Both the position numbers and the translations under genes were made by a program. Below are positions 25,550-33,107 of a DNA stretch of 36,109 nt, one piece after another. How positions within the stretch are numbered: position 1 is the stretch's first letter; each line of letters begins with the position of its first letter. This DNA comes from an uncultured Thermotogae bacterium (GTDB lineage: Bacteria > Bipolaricaulota > Bipolaricaulia > UBA7950 > UBA9294). The notes beneath the pieces were generated by a model, which searched no databases, was not told the DNA's origin, and saw only the letters and a list, made by a program, of their open reading frames with translations. The stretch is from contig CAZWQN010000005.1 in assembly GCA_964635895.1 (NCBI GenBank), forward strand, positions 1 to 36,109, read 5' to 3'.

Positions 25550-26854
25550 CTATCGGACGGCGGGGAGAAGGAGTCTCGCAATCACGAACAGGAGCGCGAA
25601 GCCCACGACGTCGGTGATGGTCGTGAGGAAGATGCCCGAGATATGGGCGGGATCCCTCCCCAGCCCGCGCACCGCTACGGGAATCACCACCCCGCCGATC
25701 GCGGCGATGATCATGTTGAGGAGCATCGCGATCGAGACGACGACGCCGAGCAGGATCTCGCCCTTCCACAGGTACGTGATCCCTCCGACGGTGGCTCCGA
25801 TGAGCACGCCGTTGACCACGGCAAGCGCGACCTCCTTGGCGAGGAGACGCCACCCCTTCCGCCGATCGAGCTCTCCGAGCGCCATGCCGCGCGTGATGAT
25901 CGTGACCGTCTGCATGCCGGCGCTTCCTCCCTGCCCGGCGATGACCCCCATGATCACGGCGAGCGCGACGGCCTTGACGATCGTCTGCTCGAACAGCCCC
26001 ACGACGAACGCCGCCGCGAGCGCCGTCGCCAGGCGCGCGTAGAGCCACGGGAGTCGGAGGCGGAACGACGTCGCCCAGCTCGTGTCCAGCCCCTCCTCCG
26101 TCGGAACGCTGGCCAGCCCGTAGATGTCCTGCGTGGCTTCGTCTCGCATGACGTCCATGACGTCGTCGACCGTGATCACGCCGAGGAGCTTGTGCTCGGC
26201 GTCGACGACGGGAAGAGCGAAGTAGTCGTACTTGTCGAACAGCCGCGCGACCGCCTCCGCGTCGGCGTCAACCGGGACGGAGACGGCGTCGCGGACCACC
26301 AGCTCGCGCAGGCTCCGATTCGGCGGGGCGAGCGCGATGTCGCGCAGCGACAGAACGCCGATCAGGCGTTGGGCGTCGTCGACGGCGTAGGCGTAGTACA
26401 CGGTCTCCGCCTCTTCCTGCCGCTGGCGGAGGAAGTCGATCGCCTCCTGCGCCGTCATCGACAGCGACAGCGGAACGACCTCGGGCGACATGAGTCCCCC
26501 GGCGGTGTCGGGAGGGTAGGCGAGAAGGTCGGTGAGCACCCGCGCGTCCTCCCGGCTCAAGCGCGACAGAAGTTCCTGCTGCACCTCGTCGGGAAGCTCG
26601 TCGAGCAAGTCCACGGCGTCGTCGGGGCTCATGCGGGACAGGATGGTGCTCGCCTCATGGCGATCGAGCTTCTCGACCACGCCCGCCGACTCGCCGGGAT
26701 CCATCTCGGCGAGCGTGTTCGCCGCTGCGCCGTGTGGGAACAGCCGATGGATGACTTCGGCCGCCTGCCCGTCCGATAGGTCGGCCAGCGCCTCCGCCAC
26801 GTCGGCCGGCCGCTTTGACAGGAGTTCGCGCAACAGGCCCTTCCGCTCGTCCAT
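25550..26854 (-). CDS. mgtE: Magnesium transporter MgtE
   Basis: PADVAE, YPPDTAGGLM, CBS pair, GVITVDD, RLPWL, GGSAGMQ, DPA..SG.FLTTITDVVG. Confidence 0.95.
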   Translation of the reverse strand: MDERKGLLRELLSKRPADVAEALADLSDGQAAEVIHRLFPHGAAANTLAEMDPGESAGVVEKLDRHEASTILSRMSPDDAVDLLDELPDEVQQELLSRLSREDARVLTDLLAYPPDTAGGLMSPEVVPLSLSMTAQEAIDFLRQRQEEAETVYYAYAVDDAQRLIGVLSLRDIALAPPNRSLRELVVRDAVSVPVDADAEAVARLFDKYDYFALPVVDAEHKLLGVITVDDVMDVMRDEATQDIYGLASVPTEEGLDTSWATSFRLRLPWLYARLATALAAAFVVGLFEQTIVKAVALAVIMGVIAGQGGSAGMQTVTIITRGMALGELDRRKGWRLLAKEVALAVVNGVLIGATVGGITYLWKGEILLGVVVSIAMLLNMIIAAIGGVVIPVAVRGLGRDPAHISGIFLTTITDVVGFALLFVIARLLLPAVR

Positions 26855-26871
26855 GCCCCTCCTCAGCGTCG

Positions 26872-26877
26872 ATTATA
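26872..26877 (-). promoter_or_regulatory. Putative -10 element of mgtE
   Basis: Perfect TATAAT on the minus strand, followed by SD GAGGAGG and the ATG. Confidence 0.5.
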
Positions 26878-26910
26878 GTCCGGATCCGGGTTTCGGGCAC
26901 CGCCGGCCCC

Positions 26911-26939
26911 TGGCCGCGGGGCGCCCGCTCGTCTATGCT
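26911..26939 (+). promoter_or_regulatory. Putative promoter of a leaderless ggt transcript
   Basis: TGGCCG-N17-TATGCT-N7-ATG, with no SD. Confidence 0.45.
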
Positions 26940-26946
26940 TCTCGCC

Positions 26947-28596
26947 ATGGCCCCTGCGAACGCGGAGAACGAAAGACGGCCGGCCGGGCGGCGCGAGGCT
27001 GCCTGCGGCCGAGCCGGCATGGTGGCGACGAGCCAGCCCCTTGCCGTCGAGGCCGGAGTGGAGGCGCTCCGAGCGGGAGGCAGCGCCGTTGACGCCGCCA
27101 TCGCCGCCAACGCGACGCTCGCCGTCGTCGAACCGATGAGCTGCGGCCCGGGCGGCGATCTGTTCTCCCTCGTGTGGGATGCGGCGGCCGGCCGCCTCGT
27201 CGGCCTGAATGGGTCGGGCCGCGCGCCGGCGAGGGCGACGATCGGCGTCTTCCACGATCGCGGCCTGGACAGGGTCCCGCTCCGCGGCCCGCTGTCGTGG
27301 ACGGTGCCTGGGTGCGTCGACGGCTGGGCCCGCCTGCATGCGCGGTTCGGGCGGCTTCCGTGGTCGACTCTGTTCGACGCCGCGATCCGAGCCGCGAGCG
27401 CGGGGTTCGGTGTGACCCCGGTCATCGCGGGGTTGTGGCGCGCCGCCGAGTCCCTGCTCGCCGACAACCCGGAGTCGGCCGCAACGTTCCTGCCGAGCGG
27501 GCACGCCCCGCTCGCCGGCGACACGGTCCGGAACCCCGACCTCGCCGACAGCCTGCGCGCGATGGCGCGCGGCGGCCCGGATGTCGTCTACCGCGGCGAC
27601 CTCGGCCGTGACCTCGTCGCCGGCGGGGAGCGCGTCGGGTCCCTTCTTACGCGGGACGACCTCGCCGCGCACGCGTCGGAGTGGGTCGAGCCGCTGTCGC
27701 TCCGCTTCCGCGACGTCGACGTGTGGGAGCTCCCACCGAACACCCAGGGGATCGTCGTCCTCGAAATGCTCAACATCCTCTCCGGGTACGACCTCGCCGC
27801 GATGCGGCCGGACTCCCCGGAGTACCTCCACCTCTGGATCGAGGCGAAGAAGCTGGCCTACGAGAACCGGGCCCGCTGGATCGGCGACTCCACCGACGGC
27901 GGCAGCTCCGTGGCGGGGCTTCTCGCGCCGGAGCACGGCCGTAGGCAGCGGGAGCGCATCGACCCCGACCGGGCGGCCGTCGAGGTGCAAGCGAGCGACG
28001 ATCCGGCCTCGGTCTGCGACACGGTCTACATCACCGCGGTAGATCGGGATCGCAACGCGTGTTCCTTGATCCAGAGCGTGTTTCACGGCTTCGGGTCCGG
28101 GGTCACGCCGATCGGCCTGGGCTTCGTGATGCAGAATCGGGGCGCGCTGTTCTCTCTCGACCCTCGGCACCCGAACGCGCTCCGGCCGGGGAAGCGCCCG
28201 TTCCACACGATCATCCCGGCCATGGTCACGCGCGGCGGGCGGCCGCTTTTTTGCTTTGGCGTCATGGGCGGGGACATGCAGCCGCAGGGACAGGTGCAGG
28301 TTCTCCTCAACCTGCTCGCTCATGGGATGGATCCTCAGGAGGCCGGCGACGCGCCGCGGGTCCGCCACGACGGCTCGTCAACTCCCACCGGCGACGTCAT
28401 GCGCGACGGCGGCGTGGTCCACCTCGAACCTGAGCTTGGGGACGGGATCGCCGCCGCTCTGCGCGCGAAGCGCCATCGCGTCGAGACGAGCGTCGGGGGA
28501 TACGGCGGATACCAGGGAATCTGGATCGACGAGAAGACGGGCCTGCTTCTCGGCGGGTCGGAGTCCCGCAAGGACGGACTCGCCGTGGGGACCTAG
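26947..28596 (+). CDS. ggt: Gamma-glutamyltransferase family protein (no signal peptide)
   Basis: GMVATSQPLA, GGSAVDAAIA, GGDLF, VPG, nucleophile Thr in DTVY, SLIQS, QNRG, PGKRPFHTIIP, GVMGGDMQPQG, SESRKDG. Confidence 0.93.
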   Translation: MAPANAENERRPAGRREAACGRAGMVATSQPLAVEAGVEALRAGGSAVDAAIAANATLAVVEPMSCGPGGDLFSLVWDAAAGRLVGLNGSGRAPARATIGVFHDRGLDRVPLRGPLSWTVPGCVDGWARLHARFGRLPWSTLFDAAIRAASAGFGVTPVIAGLWRAAESLLADNPESAATFLPSGHAPLAGDTVRNPDLADSLRAMARGGPDVVYRGDLGRDLVAGGERVGSLLTRDDLAAHASEWVEPLSLRFRDVDVWELPPNTQGIVVLEMLNILSGYDLAAMRPDSPEYLHLWIEAKKLAYENRARWIGDSTDGGSSVAGLLAPEHGRRQRERIDPDRAAVEVQASDDPASVCDTVYITAVDRDRNACSLIQSVFHGFGSGVTPIGLGFVMQNRGALFSLDPRHPNALRPGKRPFHTIIPAMVTRGGRPLFCFGVMGGDMQPQGQVQVLLNLLAHGMDPQEAGDAPRVRHDGSSTPTGDVMRDGGVVHLEPELGDGIAAALRAKRHRVETSVGGYGGYQGIWIDEKTGLLLGGSESRKDGLAVGT

Positions 28597-28607
28597 CGGG
28601 GAGGATC

Positions 28608-29072
28608 ATGGCCACACGAGGGATTCAGTTCCTCCGCGAGCGGGGCATCCCGCACGAGGTCCTCGTATACCGATACGAAAAGAAGGGAGCCGGACCGGCC
28701 GCCGACGCGCTCGGACTGGCGCACGACAACGTCGTCAAGTCGCTCGTGTTCCAGACCGACGCCGGCGGCTACCTCTTCGCGTTGGTGGCGGGCGACGCGG
28801 CGGTCAGCGTTCGAAAACTCGGGCGTGCCACCGGACACAAGACGGTCGAGCCCGCGCCTCCACGCGATGCCGAGCGGCTGACCGGGTACCTGGTCGGCGG
28901 GATCAGCCCGCTCGGGGCTCGGCAGACGCTCCCGGTCGTCCTCGACGCCACGACGGCCGCCCGCCCGAGCCTCATTCTCAACGCCGGCGCGCGGGGAACG
29001 CTCGTCCGCCTCGCGACGTCCGACCTCGTGGCTCTCACGGGGGCCGCGATCGCCGACATTCGGGAAGCGTAG
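28608..29072 (+). CDS. ybaK: YbaK/EbsC family aminoacyl-tRNA deacylase
   Basis: VVKSL (conserved Lys), TGYLVGGISPLG, NAGARG; SD GGAGG. Confidence 0.85.
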   Translation: MATRGIQFLRERGIPHEVLVYRYEKKGAGPAADALGLAHDNVVKSLVFQTDAGGYLFALVAGDAAVSVRKLGRATGHKTVEPAPPRDAERLTGYLVGGISPLGARQTLPVVLDATTAARPSLILNAGARGTLVRLATSDLVALTGAAIADIREA

Positions 29073-29081
29073 TCCCGCGCG

Positions 29082-30860
29082 TCAGGCGGCGAGCTTCTCC
29101 AGCTCGTCGACCATGCCGGCGACGAGGTCGAATCCGCCCTGCCAGAAGGACCTCTTCCGCACGTCGAACCCCGCCTCGTCGAGGATGGCGAGCGGCGCCT
29201 TGGACCCGCCGGACTCGAGAATCCTCCGGTACTTCGGGACGAAGGCCGCGCCGTCCTGCTCGAACTGCTTGTACAGGGCGAGGACGAGCAGATGCCCGAA
29301 CGTGTAGGCGTAGCAGTAGAAGGGCGTCTCGTAGATGTGCGGAATGGACAGCCACTCCCAGCGGAACTCGTCGGGCACGTCCACACTCGTCCCGAACTGC
29401 TCCCGAAGGTTGTCGAGGTAGCGCGCGGCGAGGTCGTCGGCCGTCGGGGAACCCTCACCGACGAGCCGGTGCGCCTCGCGCTCGAACAGAACGAAGTACG
29501 CCTGCCGCAGGATCGAGCTGTAGCAGTCGTCGACGTACTTGGCGAGGAGGTAGCGACGCAACGCGGGGTCGGGGTCGACGTCGAGCAGCACGTGGAGGAG
29601 CAGCATCTGCGCGAAGTTCGACGCCGTCTCCGCCAGCGGAAGCGACGAGTGCGCCGTGAGCACCGAGTGCTTGGAGGCGAGGAGGGCGTGGACGGCATGC
29701 CCCAGTTCGTGCGCCAGCGTGCTGACGTTCTCCACGCGGCCGTTGTAGTTCACGAGGACCCACGGCGTCTTGTCCGGCACGACGCCGTAGCAGAACGCGC
29801 CAATGTCCTTCCCCGGCCGAGGCTGCGAATCCACGTGCCCGGCGTCGAACACCCGCTCGGCAAGCTTCGTCATCGTGGGATCGAGCCGGTCGAACGATTG
29901 CCGCACGAGACGGACGGCGTCGGCATAGGAGTACGTGCGCGTCACCGACGGGAGCGGAGCGTAGATGTCGCACCGGCGCAGCCGGGGCATCCCGATCCAC
30001 TTCGCCTTCTGGCGGAAGAACCGCTGGTAGACGGGAGCGTTGTCGCGGCACACCGCGAGGAGCGCGTCGACCACGTCGTCGGGAACGTCGTTCGAGAGGT
30101 TTCGCGCCGCGAGCGGCGACGCCATCTTCCGGAGCTTCACGTTCTCCTGATGCCAGTCGCCGGCCGTGTACTTGTAGAGCTGCGCCAGGACGTCCTTGTT
30201 CGCCACGAAGACCCCGAGCAGCGACTCGTAGGCCGCAGCGCGCTTCGCCGGGTCCGGGTCGCGGGCGTAGACCATCAGCTCCGTCCGAGTCAGCGTCTTC
30301 GTCTCGCCGTCGATCGTGATCTCGTACGTGAACCCGTTCGACATCATGTCGTAGATCGTCGTGACGCCGCGGATCCCGTTGACATCTTTGACGTTGATCG
30401 CCTGTTCGACCGGCTCGGCCAGCGTGTACGGCGCAAACCGGCGCAGGCTCTCGAAGTAGTAGGCCGCGTCCCCCGACGCGGGCAGCAGGCGCCGCGCGTT
30501 CGGATCGTCGAGCGACTTCCACCACAGCTCGGCGAAGAGCGTCCGATTCTGCGCCTCCGCCAGGCTCGAGTCGACGCGCTGGCGGAACGAGAGCGCGTTA
30601 GGATCGCTGTTCCGCTCGGAGAACCAGAGCGTCGCGTACCCCCGCAGGGTGGCTTGGAGGTAGACGCCTCGCTCGAGCTCACGAGCGAGCGCGCTGAACG
30701 ACTCCGCGGGCATCTTCGCGGAGAGCCGACCTCGCCATGCCTCGACCGCGCGCACGGCGCCCTCGAGGCTCGCGAACACCTTCTCCATCTCGGGCCCCGA
30801 GTTCGCCGGGACCAGGTCGACGAGCGTCCACCGCCCCGCCTCAAGCTTCGGATTCGCCAC
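29082..30860 (-). CDS. pepF: M3 family oligoendopeptidase F
   Basis: GK..GAFC, TLAHELGHAVH (HExxH), LAETASNF, IPHIY..PFYCYAY.FG; GTG start after SD AAGGAGG. Confidence 0.92.
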   Translation of the reverse strand: MANPKLEAGRWTLVDLVPANSGPEMEKVFASLEGAVRAVEAWRGRLSAKMPAESFSALARELERGVYLQATLRGYATLWFSERNSDPNALSFRQRVDSSLAEAQNRTLFAELWWKSLDDPNARRLLPASGDAAYYFESLRRFAPYTLAEPVEQAINVKDVNGIRGVTTIYDMMSNGFTYEITIDGETKTLTRTELMVYARDPDPAKRAAAYESLLGVFVANKDVLAQLYKYTAGDWHQENVKLRKMASPLAARNLSNDVPDDVVDALLAVCRDNAPVYQRFFRQKAKWIGMPRLRRCDIYAPLPSVTRTYSYADAVRLVRQSFDRLDPTMTKLAERVFDAGHVDSQPRPGKDIGAFCYGVVPDKTPWVLVNYNGRVENVSTLAHELGHAVHALLASKHSVLTAHSSLPLAETASNFAQMLLLHVLLDVDPDPALRRYLLAKYVDDCYSSILRQAYFVLFEREAHRLVGEGSPTADDLAARYLDNLREQFGTSVDVPDEFRWEWLSIPHIYETPFYCYAYTFGHLLVLALYKQFEQDGAAFVPKYRRILESGGSKAPLAILDEAGFDVRKRSFWQGGFDLVAGMVDELEKLAA

Positions 30861-31449
30861 GCTGTCCTCCTTGCGCACTCATCGATCCGTCGAGGCCGAG
30901 GGCCGTGGCGGCGTCGCGCATGCCGGAGATCGCTTCCACCATCAGGTCGTCGACGCTCACCCCGAGCAGCGTCGCCCCCTTCTCGATCACGTCTCGGTTC
31001 GCCCCCGCGGCGAAGCCCTTGTCCTTCCACTTCTTCTTCAGCGACTTCACCTCGAGGTCGTGGAGGCTCTTCGAAGGGCGAACGAGAACGGCCGCGGTCA
31101 CGAGCCCGCACAGCTCGTCGATCGCATAAAGAACCTTCTCCATCTCCGTCACCGGCTCGACGTCGGAGCACAGCCCCCAGCCGTGCGACACAACGGCGTG
31201 GACCAGCTCCTCCGGCCAGTCCCGCTCCCGCAGGATGCGGGCCGTCATCGCGCAGTGCTGTTCCGGGAACCGCCCATAGTCGAGGTCGTGGACGAGGCCG
31301 ACGATTCCCCACGTCTCTGCATCAAGACCGCGCTTCTTCGCCGCGTAGCGCATCACGGCTTCCACAGCCAGCGCGTGCTTGATGAGCCCATCTTGGTCGT
31401 TGTACTCGGTCAGGAGAGCGTAGGCTTCCTCGCGAGTCGGCGTGTGCAT
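30841..31449 (-). CDS. HD-domain (HDIG-type) metal-dependent phosphohydrolase
   Basis: KHALAVEAVM, GLVHDLDY, SH, AIDELCGL, VRPSK, KKWKDKGFAAG; SD GGGAGG. Confidence 0.85.
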   Translation of the reverse strand: MHTPTREEAYALLTEYNDQDGLIKHALAVEAVMRYAAKKRGLDAETWGIVGLVHDLDYGRFPEQHCAMTARILRERDWPEELVHAVVSHGWGLCSDVEPVTEMEKVLYAIDELCGLVTAAVLVRPSKSLHDLEVKSLKKKWKDKGFAAGANRDVIEKGATLLGVSVDDLMVEAISGMRDAATALGLDGSMSAQGGQRGESEA

Positions 31450-31768
31450 GCAGTCCTCCCGAGCTTTCGTCAGTGGCCCGACTCTATCGCCACCTGCGAA
31501 CGACGTCCAGTCCTGCTTCCCCGCGAGGTGTCCCCGCTCTTCGCGCGCAGTACGCCGCCCTAGGCTCTGAAGCCCAGGCGTTCGCAGCGATGTCCTCCAC
31601 CATCGAGAGGAGCGGAACCGCACGCCGCCTCGGCGTCGGCGGTCTTTCTCCGCTTCGACTTCGTCGCAGCTGCGCCCGTGGCCTCTTCGCTGTGGCGGGC
31701 ATTCGGCGACCTCAGGCGAATGGGTGTCTTCACCGAAGGCTCGCGCCGCCCACAACCAGCCGAGCACC

Positions 31769-31797
31769 TTGTCCCTCGCTGCCGCGCTCTCTATCAT
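31769..31797 (+). promoter_or_regulatory. Putative sigma70-type promoter of the ChrA pair
   Basis: TTGTCC-N17-TATCAT upstream of the first chromate-transporter gene. Confidence 0.5.
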
Positions 31798-31829
31798 GGG
31801 CCGCACAGCGCCCGGATCCGGTTCGCGGC

Positions 31830-32450
31830 GTGAAGGATGAGCCTCCTGTGTACGGAGAGTCCTCTCGCAGCAAGCTCACTCGAGCGAGTCTGTGGAGCAT
31901 TGGGTACGTGTTCTTCAAGATCGGCCTCCTGACGTTCGGGGGAGGCTTTGCCATGTTGCCGGTGCTGACCCACGAACTCCGAGACCGGCGGCAGTGGATG
32001 ACCGACAAGGAGCTGGCCGACATCGTCTCAACCGCCACCGTCTTCCCCGGCGCGATCAGCGTAAACTCTGCTTTCCTCCAGGGACTGCGGATGCGCGGGA
32101 TCCCCGGAATGGCCGCCGCCGTCACGGGACTCGTTACGCCTTCGCTGCTCGTCATCCTGCTCATCGCGATCTTTCTCTCTTCGTACGCCGCCCTGTCCAC
32201 CGTGCAAGCCTTCTTCAAGGGCGCGGCGGCGGCCGTCACGGCGCAGATCGCTTATGCCGTCTACATTTTCGGGCAGAGCGCCAGGCCGACCCCGCGTGCC
32301 ATCGGCTTGGCCCTGGCCATCCTCGCCCTGCTGATCTTCGTCAAGATCCACCCCATGGTGGCAATCCTCGTATCAGGCAGCGTCGGGTTCTTCCTGTTCG
32401 GCAGGAGGCGCGGGCCGTCCGAAGAGCCGATCTGTCGGAAGGACGGCTGA
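31830..32450 (+). CDS. chrA: Short-chain chromate ion transporter (CHR family), first half
   Basis: FFKIGLLTFGGGFAM, PGAISVN, PS. Start uncertain (GTG 31830 or 31848). Confidence 0.85.
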   Translation: MKDEPPVYGESSRSKLTRASLWSIGYVFFKIGLLTFGGGFAMLPVLTHELRDRRQWMTDKELADIVSTATVFPGAISVNSAFLQGLRMRGIPGMAAAVTGLVTPSLLVILLIAIFLSSYAALSTVQAFFKGAAAAVTAQIAYAVYIFGQSARPTPRAIGLALAILALLIFVKIHPMVAILVSGSVGFFLFGRRRGPSEEPICRKDG

Positions 32451-32451
32451 C

Positions 32452-32985
32452 ATGGCCACGCTCTTCCAGCTGTTCGCGAGCTTCCTCGTCATCGGGGCGA
32501 CCGCCTACGGCGGCGGGATCGCCACGATCTCCCTGATCCAACGGGAAATCGTCGCCGCCCACGGCTGGCTGACCGCGGCACAGATGCGCGAGCTCATCAC
32601 CCTGGCGCAGATGACCCCGGGACCCATTGCGATCAACGCCGCGACTTTCACCGGTTACAGAGTTGCGGGAATCGCCGGCTCGCTTGTCTCTACGCTGGCT
32701 GTCATCACCCCCGGTGTCCTCCTACTATCCGGCTACTCGCTCCTCCTCTCCCGGTTCCGCCCGACCGGCTTCCTGGATCGAGCCCGGGAGGCGCTTCGGC
32801 CGGGGATTCTCGCCCTGATCCTGTACGCCGTCTACACCTTCGGCGCAACCGCAATCGATGGGCTTGCGACAGGTGCCATAGCAGCCGGAACCTTCCTCGT
32901 GATCCTGCTTTGCGGGCGTCGAGTCCACCCCGCGCTGTTGGTGTTCGCCGCAGGGGGGCTGGGAGTCCTCCTCTTCCGCAGCTGA
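32452..32985 (+). CDS. chrA: Short-chain chromate ion transporter (CHR family), second half
   Basis: IGATAYGGG, AQMTPGPIAINAATFTG; starts 1 bp after the partner gene. Confidence 0.88.
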   Translation: MATLFQLFASFLVIGATAYGGGIATISLIQREIVAAHGWLTAAQMRELITLAQMTPGPIAINAATFTGYRVAGIAGSLVSTLAVITPGVLLLSGYSLLLSRFRPTGFLDRAREALRPGILALILYAVYTFGATAIDGLATGAIAAGTFLVILLCGRRVHPALLVFAAGGLGVLLFRS

Positions 32986-33032
32986 GACGACTGCCCACGG
33001 CCCTCCGGACTCGTGCGCCGAGAATTCCGTAC

Positions 33033-33061
33033 TTGACTCCACTGCCCCGACCGTCTACACT
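33033..33061 (+). promoter_or_regulatory. Sigma70-type promoter of the Hsp100 gene
   Basis: TTGACT-N17-TACACT. Confidence 0.75.
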
Positions 33062-33065
33062 GCTG

Positions 33066-33092
33066 TTGGCAGTCGGACATATGGACTGCTAA
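33066..33092 (+). promoter_or_regulatory. CIRCE element (HrcA operator)
   Basis: TTGGCAGTC-N9-GACTGCTAA versus consensus TTAGCACTC-N9-GAGTGCTAA, between the promoter and the SD of a chaperone gene. Confidence 0.85.
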
Positions 33093-33107
33093 CGTGAGGT
33101 GAGAGTT

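Noticed and set aside
31830-32985. Split chrA as a pseudogene
   Set aside because: Paired short-chain CHR genes are an established arrangement, and both halves are intact with their own GGG motifs.
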